Assembly (NCBI GenBank): GCA_039028615.1
Contig: JBCCHT010000006.1
Span: forward strand, 64,001 to 128,000
Origin: Myxococcota bacterium
Lineage (GTDB): Bacteria; Myxococcota_A; Polyangia; Nannocystales; Nannocystaceae
Reading direction: 5' to 3'
Length of the DNA: 64,000 nt
Shown here: piece after piece, positions 27,830 through 38,087 of the stretch
How positions within the stretch are numbered: the stretch's first letter is position 1
Layout of the letters: the number at the start of each line of letters is the position of its first letter
Notes under the pieces: model-generated
Database searches by the model: none
Seen by the model: the letters and a program-made list of their open reading frames with translations, nothing else
Told to the model about the DNA's origin: nothing
Translations under genes and position numbers: made by a program

Positions 27830-28063
27830 GTCCTTCAGGTGTTCAATCGTACGAGCGTCGCTCCCCCCGCGCACCGCCATGTCCGTGGTCGATGGAGCGA
27901 CTTTATTTTCACAACGAAATCAAACGTTTGAACCGAGGAGATCCTGTTTCGAGCCGGGCCGACGCGGGTGGCGAAACTCGCCGATGCGATGCCCGCGACC
28001 GTGCGACTTCGACCCTCGGTCGCAGCGAGTGAAGCCTTCACCGGACATGGTACCTTCCGAAGC

Positions 28064-29986
28064 GTGAGCGAGGAGGCCGCGCGCCCCATAGGCCCAGCGC
28101 TACCGCGCTGTAGCCACTGCGGCGACGACCACCCGCCCCATCTGCTCAAGTGCCCCAAGACGGACATGCCCTTGTCCCTCGAGGGCCGGGTGTTGCACGC
28201 GAAGTTCCGCTTCATCCGCCAGATAGGCAAGGGCGGCATGGCGTCGGTCTGGGCGGCCATGAACACGCTCGTCGAGCGCCCCGTCGCCATCAAGCTAATT
28301 CGAGCCGAGGCCGGATCCGACGAGGACACGGTCGCTCGCTTCCGCGCCGAAGCCAAGGCCGCCGGTCGGATCGGACACCCGAACGTCTGCGAGATCCTCG
28401 ACTACGGGGTCGGCCCGCGTGGTCCCTATATCGTGATGGAGCGACTACGAGGCCAGAGCCTCGGCGAGCTCATCCACTACGAGACCCGGCTCGATCCGGC
28501 GATCGCGGTGGCCTTGGTGCGCCAGGCCTTGCTCGGGCTCGAAGCGGCCCACACCCGCAACATCATCCATCGCGATCTGAAGCCGGAGAACATCTTCGTT
28601 CACCAGCCCGAGACCGGACCCCCGGTCGTCAAGCTGATGGACTTCGGGGTGTCCAAGCTCCTCGACGGCAGCTCGAGCGTGCGAACCCAGCACGGTGCCC
28701 TGCTCGGGACCCCCGAGTACATGTCGCCCGAGCAGTTCAAGGGCGCGGCCACGGCCGACGTACGCACGGACATCTGGGCCATGGGCGCCATCTTGTACAA
28801 GGCGCTGACCGGCAAGACCGCCTTCGCGGGGCCCAGCGTGGCGGCCACCTTGCTGATGGTCACCACCGATCCTCCCGAGCCCATTCCCGACCTCGTGCGC
28901 GGGGTGCCCAAGGAGCTGGTGGAGATCGTCGAGCGCTGCCTCAACAAGGACCCGACCGAGCGCTTCGAAAGCGCGGCCGAGCTGTGCGACGCGCTGATGC
29001 CCTTCGACATCGACACGCTCGCGGGGCTCGTGGTGTGGGACCCCGAAGACGAGGAGCCCGAGATCTCGTCGCCCACGCTCGTCGCCGACGAGATCAGCAG
29101 CGTCTCCAAGCGGTCCCATTCGCGGCCCCTGCCCGCCGCCCAGCGCGACACCGAACAAGCCACCACGCAGCAGCGTCGCACCAGCCCTCGCGGCTGGGCA
29201 CGACCGGAGTTCCGGGCCTGGGGGGTAATCATCGTGGTGACGCTGGCCGTGGTGTCGGTGCTGTACATGCTGGCCAGCGATCCCGAGCACGAGCGACGAC
29301 ACGACGCGGTCGCGGCCGACGACAGCGACCCGCCCGACTCGGAGCCGCGCTCGGCCGCGAGCCACGTACCCACCGCCGAAGAAACGGTGGACGCCGCGAC
29401 GGCTGCTCCTTCCGATCCACCACCGTCGGACGAAGCCACCGCGACCCCGACCGAAGACCTTGCGACCGGAGCGACGGGGGCAGCCGAGCCCACGGACGCA
29501 CCACCCGAGGCTCCCGATCCGACCGCGGCCGACCCCGAGCTCGTCGAGCCTGCCCCGGCCGAGCCCGAGCCTGAACCCGCTGCACCCGATCCCGCTGCAC
29601 CCGATCCCGCCGCGACCAAGGCCGCGCCCGCCAAGACGGAGCCCAAGCCCGCCGAGCCCGGCCTGCCCCCGACCACGCCGCCCGGCACTATTCGCGTCGG
29701 CCCCTATCTCACCCTCAAGAAGCCCGGGCCCAGCGGAGACCACGGCGAGGCGCGGGCGTACTGCCGCAACCTCGGCACCCACGCGTTCGTCGGCGTCACC
29801 GAGTGGAAGCTCGCCAATCCCACCGTGGCCAAGAAGGTGGCGGGCGTGGTGAAGAAGGGCCGCTACTGGACCTCGGCGTTGTGGCAAGGCAAGGCCAAGA
29901 CCATGGCCGCGCCGTCCAAGGCGATGAAGTCCCGCGACGCCAAGCGCTCGGGTCCGCGGGCGCTGTGCGTGGCCCGTTGGCCCTGA
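28064..29986 (+). CDS. Ser/Thr protein kinase with N-terminal Zn-finger-like motif, TM helix and C-terminal extracytoplasmic domain
   Basis: CSHC..H....CP; GKGGMASV, VAIK, HRDLKPEN, DFG, GTPEYMSPE; TM WGVIIVVTLAVVSVLYML; C-terminal ARAYCRNL..GVTEWKL..YWTS..ALCV. GTG 28064 preferred. Confidence 0.93.
   Translation: MSEEAARPIGPALPRCSHCGDDHPPHLLKCPKTDMPLSLEGRVLHAKFRFIRQIGKGGMASVWAAMNTLVERPVAIKLIRAEAGSDEDTVARFRAEAKAAGRIGHPNVCEILDYGVGPRGPYIVMERLRGQSLGELIHYETRLDPAIAVALVRQALLGLEAAHTRNIIHRDLKPENIFVHQPETGPPVVKLMDFGVSKLLDGSSSVRTQHGALLGTPEYMSPEQFKGAATADVRTDIWAMGAILYKALTGKTAFAGPSVAATLLMVTTDPPEPIPDLVRGVPKELVEIVERCLNKDPTERFESAAELCDALMPFDIDTLAGLVVWDPEDEEPEISSPTLVADEISSVSKRSHSRPLPAAQRDTEQATTQQRRTSPRGWARPEFRAWGVIIVVTLAVVSVLYMLASDPEHERRHDAVAADDSDPPDSEPRSAASHVPTAEETVDAATAAPSDPPPSDEATATPTEDLATGATGAAEPTDAPPEAPDPTAADPELVEPAPAEPEPEPAAPDPAAPDPAATKAAPAKTEPKPAEPGLPPTTPPGTIRVGPYLTLKKPGPSGDHGEARAYCRNLGTHAFVGVTEWKLANPTVAKKVAGVVKKGRYWTSALWQGKAKTMAAPSKAMKSRDAKRSGPRALCVARWP
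29576..29610 (+). repeat. 15-bp tandem repeat (about 2.3 copies) encoding PAAPD in the kinase linker
   Basis: cccgctgcacccgat cccgctgcacccgat cccgc. Confidence 0.8.
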
Positions 29987-30359
29987 CCGGGCTGAACTCG
30001 GCGCGAGCGACGACACAAAAAGTGCGATGGTAAGTCCCGACCAAGCCCCAAGCCGGGACTCACCATCGCATCACTCGGTCACTCACTCGTAGGTCGGTCG
30101 GAGCTGCGCATGAGCCCGCTCGGGCCGGCGCAGTCGATCGGTGCAGGTGCGACCACCACCGCCGTGCCACGCCCAGACGCGATCTCGCCAGGGAACCCGG
30201 AAACCGGACCAACCCCGGTGAGACAGCGGGCGTCGCTCGATGGTGCGTTTGTTGGTCACGAGCAGAGCATGGAGCCTGACCGCCGCGCCCGCCCCTTAAT
30301 CCCGCTTAAAGGGCCGAATCCGAGCTGGAGACCGAGGCTCCGCCCTATATCTTGGAGCC

Positions 30360-31355
30360 ATGCTCGCCCGACGATGTTCCTGGGTCCTGTTGTGCTCCGC
30401 CCTCGCGCTGCCCGCCTGTCAAAGCGACGACGACACCGACGACGAACAGGGGCCCAACAATCCCTCACCGAGTTCATGGCTGGTGGGCGACCAGGGCGAG
30501 ATGCTCCGCCTGACCTCCGACGAGGGCGAGGTGAGCACCTACCCCCTCGAGATCGCCACCGACCTCACCGGGATCGCGTGCATGGGTCAGGCCACCGCTT
30601 GGGTGGCAGGTGAACGCGGCACGGTGCTGGTCAGTCACGACGCGGGCGAAGCCTGGACCACCATCGACATCGGCACCACGGCGGACCTGCGCTCGATCGC
30701 GGTGAGCGAGAGCCTGCCCGGCCAGGAGACGGTGTGGGTCACTGGGGACGACGGGGCTGCCCTACGCACCACCGACGGCGGCCGCACGTGGAATCGCGTG
30801 CCCGGCCCTGCCCTCGACTTCAGCGCGGTCGCGACCCAGGAGACCGGCGACATCGCGTTCTTCACCGCGCTCGATGGCAGCGTGTGGCGAAGTGCCCACG
30901 GGGATCCCATGACCGAGGCATTGAGCCCCGGAGATCATGCGCTGTACGACGTCGCGCTCAGCCACCACGGCGACACGGTCGTGGTGGTGGGGGAAGCAGG
31001 CCACATCTGGCTGAGCCACGACGGTGGCGCTCGGTTCGCGGCGCTCGAAGCTGCGACCGCGCTCGACCTGCATGCGGTGCACCTGGCCCAGGATCGCGAG
31101 ACCCTCGTGGCGGTGGGCGAAGCCGGAGTCGTCGTGCGCATCGACCCCAGCGGGGCCCGCGTTCAACAGACCCTCGGACCAGGCCAAGCGCTGTACGACC
31201 TGCATCTGCGTGCCGATGGCTTGGGTCAGGCGGTAGGCATGGGCGGGGTCGTGCTGCTCACCGAGGATGCCGGTCAACAGTGGCGACCCGTCGAGACCGG
31301 CTATTCGAACGACTTGTGGGGAGTGGACGACTTCCACACGACACCACACTTGTGA
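30360..31355 (+). CDS. YCF48/BNR-repeat beta-propeller lipoprotein
   Basis: Lipobox LPAC; repeated VGxxGxVLxSxDxGxxW motifs (SHDAGEAW, TTDGGRTW, SHDGGARF, TEDAGQQW). Confidence 0.87.
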   Translation: MLARRCSWVLLCSALALPACQSDDDTDDEQGPNNPSPSSWLVGDQGEMLRLTSDEGEVSTYPLEIATDLTGIACMGQATAWVAGERGTVLVSHDAGEAWTTIDIGTTADLRSIAVSESLPGQETVWVTGDDGAALRTTDGGRTWNRVPGPALDFSAVATQETGDIAFFTALDGSVWRSAHGDPMTEALSPGDHALYDVALSHHGDTVVVVGEAGHIWLSHDGGARFAALEAATALDLHAVHLAQDRETLVAVGEAGVVVRIDPSGARVQQTLGPGQALYDLHLRADGLGQAVGMGGVVLLTEDAGQQWRPVETGYSNDLWGVDDFHTTPHL

Positions 31356-31562
31356 GGACTTTCCCGACTCTAACGACTACACCTCCGTAGAGTCGGCACA
31401 CTGGCACACATGTCGAAGATCGCCTCACCTCGAGCGGCGATCATGGGAGTGCCCCTCAATCGGACGCCATGAGGCCCTAAACGTCTGTAGACGCGCGTAT
31501 TGCCGTGTGCGAAAACGAAATGGGACGAACTAACACTTGGCTCGATTGGGGGGAAACGGACA

Positions 31563-32912
31563 ATGAGCCTTACCCGTACGACGAAGATAGCGACGATATC
31601 CGCAATGCTCGCACTCGGCCTCTCGGCCTGCCCCGGTGATGATTCGGGCGGGGCTGGAGCCGACGATGGCATCGGCCCATTGCCGCCGGGCGGTAGCTCG
31701 GGTGGCACCGGCAACAACGTGACCACGGGCCTGCCTCCGGCGGAGACCGGAGTCATGACCGGCGGGCTCGATAGTGGCAGCGGCGAAGACGACGACAACG
31801 GCGACAACAGCGTCGACACCAAGTTCGACATTCCGCCCTTCCCGGATCTGAGCGGCCCCGAGAACACCTGTGACACGGATCCGAACGCAGACGAAGACAA
31901 CGACGGATTCTCGGTCAACGAAGGCGATTGCAACGACTGCGACGCCAACGTCAACCCGGGCGCCATCGAGGTCGAGGTCACCGAGCCCGACGAGATGGGC
32001 ATGGTCCCGGAGGCGGCCGATGAAAACTGCGACGGGATAATCGACAACGTCCTGCCGCCCTGTGATGCGGGCCTGGCCATCGGCGACACCGACCCCATGT
32101 CGGGTGCCGCCGCGATCGGCCTGTGCAAGACCTCGTCGGGGCCGGGCGACTGGGGCATCGTGAACGCCGAGTATGTCCGCGCCGACGGCAGTGCTCTCAA
32201 CGCGCCGCTTCAGCACGGCCTGATGCCGAGCTTCGGCACCAACATCAACTCGCTCGAGGGCGACAGCCTGCTGGTGCTGTCGTCGGGTCGCGCCCGCACC
32301 ACGGGCCAGGCCGACGCGTGCAACAACTACACGTGCATCGAGTCGGGAGCGAGCACCGCTCCGGCCGGGTTCCCGCAGGACGTGGTCGGCTGCAGCGGTG
32401 GCACGGCCATCTTCGACGACATGGCCCTCGAGCTCACGCTGCGGGCCCCCACCAACGCCACCGGCTACGCCTTCAGCTTCGACTTTTACTCCTTCGAGTA
32501 TCCAGAGTACGTGTGCACGGCATGGAACGACCAGTTCATCGCGCTGGTCGACCCCCCGCCGCCGGGCTCCATCGACGGCAACATCTCGTTCGACGCCATG
32601 ACCAACCCGGTGAGCGTCAACGTGGCGTTCTTCGAGGTCTGCTCGGGCTGCCCGCTGGGTACCGGCGAACTGCTGGGCACCGGCTTCGACATCTGGGACA
32701 CGGCCGACTTCTCCAACCCACCCATCGGTAGCGCCGGAGCCACGAGCTGGCTGGCGACCACCGCTCCCGTCGATCCGGGCTCGGAGGTCACCATCCGCTT
32801 CACCATCTGGGATACCGGAGACCAGCAGTGGGACTCCACGGTGCTCATCGACAACTTCCGCTGGATCGCCGACGGCGGCACGGTGGCGGTGGGCACTCAG
32901 CCCGAGGGCTGA
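31563..32912 (+). CDS. Lipoprotein with MopE-like putative metal-binding repeat and choice-of-anchor L-like domain
   Basis: Lipobox LSAC; DNDGFSVNEGDCNDCDANVNPGAIEV...DENCDG; LLVLSSG, FYSFEYPEYVCTAWNDQF, IWDTGDQQWDSTVLIDNFRW. Confidence 0.85.
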   Translation: MSLTRTTKIATISAMLALGLSACPGDDSGGAGADDGIGPLPPGGSSGGTGNNVTTGLPPAETGVMTGGLDSGSGEDDDNGDNSVDTKFDIPPFPDLSGPENTCDTDPNADEDNDGFSVNEGDCNDCDANVNPGAIEVEVTEPDEMGMVPEAADENCDGIIDNVLPPCDAGLAIGDTDPMSGAAAIGLCKTSSGPGDWGIVNAEYVRADGSALNAPLQHGLMPSFGTNINSLEGDSLLVLSSGRARTTGQADACNNYTCIESGASTAPAGFPQDVVGCSGGTAIFDDMALELTLRAPTNATGYAFSFDFYSFEYPEYVCTAWNDQFIALVDPPPPGSIDGNISFDAMTNPVSVNVAFFEVCSGCPLGTGELLGTGFDIWDTADFSNPPIGSAGATSWLATTAPVDPGSEVTIRFTIWDTGDQQWDSTVLIDNFRWIADGGTVAVGTQPEG

Positions 32913-32935
32913 ACGCCGCGCCCTTCGCGGGCAAC

Positions 32936-32976
32936 AAGGGGCGGCCGGACTCGAAGCAGTCCGCGCCGCCCTCTTC
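32936..32976 (+). terminator. Hairpin downstream of the 31563-32912 gene
   Basis: aaggggcggc-cggact/agtccg-c-gccgccctctt inverted repeat; weak U tail. Confidence 0.5.
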
Positions 32977-32986
32977 AATTCGGGCG

Positions 32987-33037
32987 CCCTTCGAAACGAA
33001 GCGACCCCGTGGTCGCCGGGTGGCGAGCACGGGGTCG
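32987..33037 (-). terminator. Hairpin plus pyrimidine tail after the ompA-like gene
   Basis: Minus strand reads cgaccccgtg...cacggggtcg followed by cttcgtttcg. Confidence 0.55.
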
Positions 33038-33053
33038 GTGATGGCCCGGAGGC

Positions 33054-34733
33054 CTAGCCCTCTTCGCCGGAGGGCGCCGGGTCGGCCTTGGGCTCGTCCG
33101 CCTTCGGCTCGACCAGCTCGGCGTCGGGGTCGAGCTCTCCCTCGTCGCCGTGCAGCGGGCGAACCTCGGTGGGCTCGTTCGCGATGATGTCGAAGACGAT
33201 GCGGCGGTTCTGCGCCCGACCGTCTTCGGTATCGTTGGTCGCGACCGGAGCGGTGTCGCCCTTGCCGTCGGTCTCGATACGGCTGGCGTCGACCTCCTTG
33301 TCGACCAGGTACTGCTTGACCGCCTCGGCACGACGCTTCGACAGCTGCAGGTTGGTCTCGGCGTCGCCGACGTTGTCGGTGTGGCCGACGATGAGCACCC
33401 GGACACCCGGGAACTTCTTGAGCTTGGCCGCGACGTCGTCGAGCACCGGCTCGGAGTCGGGCCGGATGGTGGCCTTGCCGAACTCGAACTCGATGCCCTT
33501 GAGCTCGCCCTTGAAGATGAGCAGCTCCGGCGGCAGCTCGTCGGGACAGCCGTCGTCGTCGTCGACGCCGTTGTAGTTCTCCTTCTGGAAGACGCAGTCG
33601 TCTTCGACGTCGAGGATCATGTCGCCGTCGGTGTCCTTGAGCGGGCACCCGTCGGGCTCGACACCCGGGACCTCGATGCAGGCATCGACCTTGTCGATGA
33701 AGCCATCGCCGTCGGTATCGGGGCAGCCGCTGGGTCCAGGCCCGGGCTGGTCGGGGCACTGGTCGTCGGCGTTGAGGATGCCGTCCTTGTCGCGATCGGG
33801 ATCGACCGGCTCGACCTTCGGCGGCGGCACGGGGCGCTTGCGCCCGAGCACGAGGCTCAGCCCGCCCAGCGCCTGGAAGTGCGAGGTGCCACTGTCCTGC
33901 AGCGTCGCGCTGGCGCTGACGATCTGCCGCACCTCGACCCGCGCCGCGAGCCGCTTGGTGATGTACATCTTCACGCCGCCGCCGTAGTGGAACGCGGGAT
34001 CGATGTCATTGCCCAAGATGAGGATGTTACTGCGGACCCCCAACAGCCCGTAACCACCGAGCAGGAAGGGCGTGATGCGATAGCGCGGCACCTGCAAGAT
34101 CACGTGCCCGCGGAAGCCGTAGACGAACGCGAAGTCGTTGGTCTGCGTACGCACCCGCGTGGGGTTGGCGGAGAACTCCGCCTCGACGCCCAACGCCTTG
34201 AGCGGGAAGAAGGCCGCTCGTGCACCGACGTCGGCGCCCAGGGTCCACAGCGGATCTTGAGGGCGCGTGATCGGATCGTAGAGGTCGTGCTCGTCCGACG
34301 GCCGGAACAAGCCGCCGTACAGGCCCAGTTCGAACAGGTTGCGCGCGGGCTCCCAGCGGCGGATCCACGGGCGCTCCTTGGCCTTCATCTTCTCGTAGAC
34401 CTTCGGATCGTTCGGATCCGGCTCGGCCTGCTTTTCTTCCTTGCGGGTCCGCAGGCGAGTCTTGGGCTTGCCCTTGCCCACCTTCACGCTGCCGCTGGCC
34501 CCGGCCTCCGCCTTGGGGGGCTCGGGTGCCGAGGGAGCGGAGGGCTGCGGCTCGGCCTCGGCCGGCGCCGCATCAGCCTCGGGCGTGGCCTCGGGTACGG
34601 CATCCGCCGGTTGTGTCGCTTCGGCTTGCGCCGGCTCGATCGCGAGGTGCGACGAATGCTCGACCGCTCCGGCCGACGTCGCCACGAGACACGGGAGCAG
34701 ACCGGCAGCGAGTGCAGCGACGGTGCGCTTCAT
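33054..34733 (-). CDS. OmpA family protein: beta-barrel, TSP3 repeats and peptidoglycan-binding domain
   Basis: Signal peptide; amphipathic barrel strands; DRDKDGILNADDQCP/DTDGDG repeats; IEFEFGKATI, GHTDNVG..NLQLSKRRAEAV, GRAQNRRIVF. Confidence 0.93.
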   Translation of the reverse strand: MKRTVAALAAGLLPCLVATSAGAVEHSSHLAIEPAQAEATQPADAVPEATPEADAAPAEAEPQPSAPSAPEPPKAEAGASGSVKVGKGKPKTRLRTRKEEKQAEPDPNDPKVYEKMKAKERPWIRRWEPARNLFELGLYGGLFRPSDEHDLYDPITRPQDPLWTLGADVGARAAFFPLKALGVEAEFSANPTRVRTQTNDFAFVYGFRGHVILQVPRYRITPFLLGGYGLLGVRSNILILGNDIDPAFHYGGGVKMYITKRLAARVEVRQIVSASATLQDSGTSHFQALGGLSLVLGRKRPVPPPKVEPVDPDRDKDGILNADDQCPDQPGPGPSGCPDTDGDGFIDKVDACIEVPGVEPDGCPLKDTDGDMILDVEDDCVFQKENYNGVDDDDGCPDELPPELLIFKGELKGIEFEFGKATIRPDSEPVLDDVAAKLKKFPGVRVLIVGHTDNVGDAETNLQLSKRRAEAVKQYLVDKEVDASRIETDGKGDTAPVATNDTEDGRAQNRRIVFDIIANEPTEVRPLHGDEGELDPDAELVEPKADEPKADPAPSGEEG

Positions 34734-34907
34734 GGACAATGATTTATCGCAGGTTCGCACCCAAGGGATAGAGGGGTCCCGCCTCGGGTCGAAATTCCCC
34801 ACTGTCACGGCGTGGAGAGCCGCCGCAGCGCCTGCTAGAATGCGCGCCTGCGGCCGGTACGCTCCGGCAGCCCTTCGATGAACCTTGGACCTACGATGAG
34901 GTATGGA

Positions 34908-35786
34908 GTGAAGACTAGCAACCTAGTGGCAATGGCCTTGGCCCTGTGCATCCCCGCCGTAGGGTGTGGTGACGACAGCGGTACGGGGAGCGGAGGAGCA
35001 GACGGTACCGGAGGCTCCACCACGGGCGATGTGGCGACCCCGGCCACCACCACGGGCGCCGACTCGACCGGCGCCGAATCGACCGGCGTGGCGTCCAACG
35101 AGGGCGATGGCTCCACTTCCACCGCCGATTCCACTGGCGAACCGCCTCCGGTCGAGGTCACCGTCGAGGGCGAAGTCGTCGACTTCGTGGCCATGGCCAC
35201 CCCCATCGCCGGGGCCGAGATCTCGGTATTCGGCAACCCGGGGCCCACGGCCACCTCGGACGCGGAAGGCTTGTTCAGCATCGGCACATTCGAGCCCGAC
35301 ACCACCGCGCACTTCGTCCTGGCCCCCAACGAGACCTACCTCGGCGCGATCGTTCCGGCCGCGATCGAGTCCGACGAGCTCCAGGAAGACCAGCAGCTGT
35401 CGCAGATTCCGCGAGCCTTCGTCGACATCCAGCTGATGCTGCTCGAGGGCATGATGCCGGAGCCGCCCGACCTGACGCAGTCGATCATCATCGTTCGGCT
35501 CATCAACAACGCCGCGGTCATGGAGGGTGCAACCACCATCGACATGACCCCCGCCCCCGCCCCGGGCACCTTCTACGCCCCCGACGAGACGGGGGCTGCC
35601 ATCCTGAACGAAAACGACATCACGTTCGGGGCCCTGCCCGTGGTGGTGTACTTCAACGTGGATGCGTCGGACCCCGGCGACATCTCGTTCGAGGCCACGC
35701 ACCCCACGCGCGATTGCGAAGTGCTCTTCCCCGACTTCCCCACGCTGGGCGAGCACATCACGTTGGTCGACATTACCTGCCTCTAA
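34908..35786 (+). CDS. Lipoprotein with carboxypeptidase-regulatory-like beta-sandwich
   Basis: Lipobox AVGC; G/S/T linker; VEGEVVDF..PIAGAEI..ATSDAEGLFSI. Start uncertain (34878, 34896 or 34908). Confidence 0.75.
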   Translation: MKTSNLVAMALALCIPAVGCGDDSGTGSGGADGTGGSTTGDVATPATTTGADSTGAESTGVASNEGDGSTSTADSTGEPPPVEVTVEGEVVDFVAMATPIAGAEISVFGNPGPTATSDAEGLFSIGTFEPDTTAHFVLAPNETYLGAIVPAAIESDELQEDQQLSQIPRAFVDIQLMLLEGMMPEPPDLTQSIIIVRLINNAAVMEGATTIDMTPAPAPGTFYAPDETGAAILNENDITFGALPVVVYFNVDASDPGDISFEATHPTRDCEVLFPDFPTLGEHITLVDITCL

Positions 35787-35850
35787 AGCCGCCCCCTGCG
35801 CGCCGCTTCGCCGCGCAGGAAGGCCCAAGAGCCAAACGACACGCGAACGA

Positions 35851-35878
35851 GAGAGCCGGCCTGGAGCCGGCTCTTTTT
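35851..35878 (+). terminator. Rho-independent terminator
   Basis: gagagccggc-ctgga-gccggctc followed by ttttt. Confidence 0.75.
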
Positions 35879-35901
35879 CGTGGATTCCGCGTCCCGAACG
35901 C

Positions 35902-36495
35902 CTAGACGCAGGCGTTGGCCAGGTCGATGCAGCCCGGAGGAGCCGGGTCGAGCATGTTGGCGAGGATGCAGTCGATGCACTCCGTGCCGTCGCCCTCGTC
36001 TCCGCCGCCGCCGGTCGTGCCCGAGCTCGAGCCACCGCTGGAGCTGGAGCCGCCGTCGGAGCTACTGCTCTCGGAGGGGACCAACTTGTCACAGACGCCC
36101 AGATCGATGCACCGGTTGGTGACGCACTCGGTGAGCCGGAACAGGTGCAGCGCCTCGCCGACGGTGAGCCGCTCCTCGCAGGTCAAAAAGCAGGTCAGGT
36201 CCGGCTCGGGGAGCATCGAGATCTGAAGCTCGGTGGCGCAGCCGACGACGCAATCGATGGCGTCGCGGCACGTGACCTCCGGCTCACCAGAGCTGGTGCT
36301 CTCCACGCCCGTCGTGGTGCTCGTGGTCCCGGGGGGAATCACCGCCCCCGAAGTGCTGGTGGAGAACACCAGAGGAACCGGCTTTTCGTCGGAATCGAAG
36401 CACGCGACGAACAGAGCGAACGCGGCGAGCATCGCGGGAGCGATGGAAGCGATTCGAGGCGACTTGGCCGAGCCGGCGGACGAGCCCGAAAACAT
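35902..36495 (-). CDS. Cys-rich helical lipoprotein (CxxxC repeats)
   Basis: Lipobox FVAC; CRDAIDCVVGC, CFLTC, CVTNRC, CIDCI, CIDLANAC. Confidence 0.7.
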   Translation of the reverse strand: MFSGSSAGSAKSPRIASIAPAMLAAFALFVACFDSDEKPVPLVFSTSTSGAVIPPGTTSTTTGVESTSSGEPEVTCRDAIDCVVGCATELQISMLPEPDLTCFLTCEERLTVGEALHLFRLTECVTNRCIDLGVCDKLVPSESSSSDGGSSSSGGSSSGTTGGGGDEGDGTECIDCILANMLDPAPPGCIDLANACV

Positions 36496-36734
36496 CGGCG
36501 TCACGGTAGCAGCAAAACCGATGGAGACGAAGCCCCGCGCCGCGGCTTTCAACGGCTCCTGGAGTCATCCCAGCGCCCCATCGAGCCCCATCGGAGGCTG
36601 ACTAGCGCAATTCGCGACACCGTTGCATAACGGTCTCGCCCCTGGGTTGTCACCGCCTCGGGGCCCGGACACAATGAGCACGGGAGCCCAGCCAGGCTTG
36701 CCGGTACTGGCCGTACGCCCCCGCAGGGATCGAC

Positions 36735-38087
36735 ATGATGCATTGCACGACTACGTTCAAGGGCGCCGCGGCTCTAGTTGGAATGGCGGCCTCGCTCGCG
36801 TTGATGACCACCGGATGCCGCGGTGACGACATCTCCAACGACTGCGAGCTGCAGGGGCAAGCGTACATCCAAACCGCCCAGAACGAAGCCACGCCACTGC
36901 TGGCCCCGGTCCCCAACCGTAGCCCCTTCCCGGTCACGCTCGAGCTCACCGAAGACGGCATCAACCGTCTCCTCGGGGGCGCGGTGGCGGATCAGGACGT
37001 GCCCTTCACCGGCAACCTCCCGCTCGGCCCGGCCAACGCCGACTTCCGTCCCGAGAGCGATCCAGTCATCGAGTTCGTCGATCTGCCCGGCTGCAACAGC
37101 TGCATCCTGTTCTCGCTCCAGTTCGGCATCAACCTCGCGACCGGCAACAGCCCCATCTCCAGCGGTGTGGGCAACGTGAGCCTGTCGATCCCGATGCGCC
37201 TCGACTCCGACGAGGAGGCCGGGGTCAGCACGCTCGTCGCCGACTACTCGCGCGCCGAGGTCCGAGACCTGCAGCTGGTCGTCTACGGCATCAACTCCGA
37301 AGAGCACGCGACCCTCACGGGCGCCCTCAAGATCCTCCTCACCGAGCGGGTGCAAGAGTCCTTCGACGAGGTCGAGCTGCTCCAGATCGGCTCCTGGCAG
37401 ATCGGGCAGGGCGACGTCCGGCTCATCGCGCGTCGGCTCATCGTGCGCCCCGAGGACGACAAGCTCATCCTCGGCATGCAGACCAACCTGCCGCTGGCCG
37501 CCGACGTCGGCATCGACCTCGAGGGCGAGCTCCCGCCGGGCTCCCCGATGGCGGTCAAGATGGACACCCGGCTGTTCCTGACCATGAGCCACCGGATGTT
37601 CGAGGAAGGCGAGATCGCGCGCCGCTACGACGAGGACGGCAACCCCGACGACGACGGCCTGTTCGCGGTGACCCTCAGCGACATGGTGGGCAACGAGATG
37701 AACAGCCCCCAGCTCGACTCCACCTTCCGCGTGTGGCGGACCGCCGAGGGCTACTGCGGCTTCGCCGAGGCGGTGATGCCTCTCAACGTCGAGGTCAACA
37801 GCACCAACACGGGCATCAACATCACCCCGGGTACGGCCACCGTCATCGACGGCGAAGGCTACGGCCAGGGTGCGCTTCAAGACCCCGAGCTGGTCGACAA
37901 CAACCAGCACCTGGTGGACAACTTCCGATCCGACCTGGCCGACGCCATCGGCACCACGGTCAACTACGATGCGCTGGACCTCGACGGCAGCACCATCGTC
38001 TTTGCGGTTCAGGACGTCGCCGTCGACCCCCTGAGCGTCAATAGTTACTTGGACTTCATCGTCGTACAGGATGCAACTGATGAGTAG
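36735..38087 (+). CDS. Hypothetical acidic lipoprotein
   Basis: Lipobox TTGC; beta-rich 450-aa protein; stop overlaps the next gene's start. Confidence 0.8.
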   Translation: MMHCTTTFKGAAALVGMAASLALMTTGCRGDDISNDCELQGQAYIQTAQNEATPLLAPVPNRSPFPVTLELTEDGINRLLGGAVADQDVPFTGNLPLGPANADFRPESDPVIEFVDLPGCNSCILFSLQFGINLATGNSPISSGVGNVSLSIPMRLDSDEEAGVSTLVADYSRAEVRDLQLVVYGINSEEHATLTGALKILLTERVQESFDEVELLQIGSWQIGQGDVRLIARRLIVRPEDDKLILGMQTNLPLAADVGIDLEGELPPGSPMAVKMDTRLFLTMSHRMFEEGEIARRYDEDGNPDDDGLFAVTLSDMVGNEMNSPQLDSTFRVWRTAEGYCGFAEAVMPLNVEVNSTNTGINITPGTATVIDGEGYGQGALQDPELVDNNQHLVDNFRSDLADAIGTTVNYDALDLDGSTIVFAVQDVAVDPLSVNSYLDFIVVQDATDE

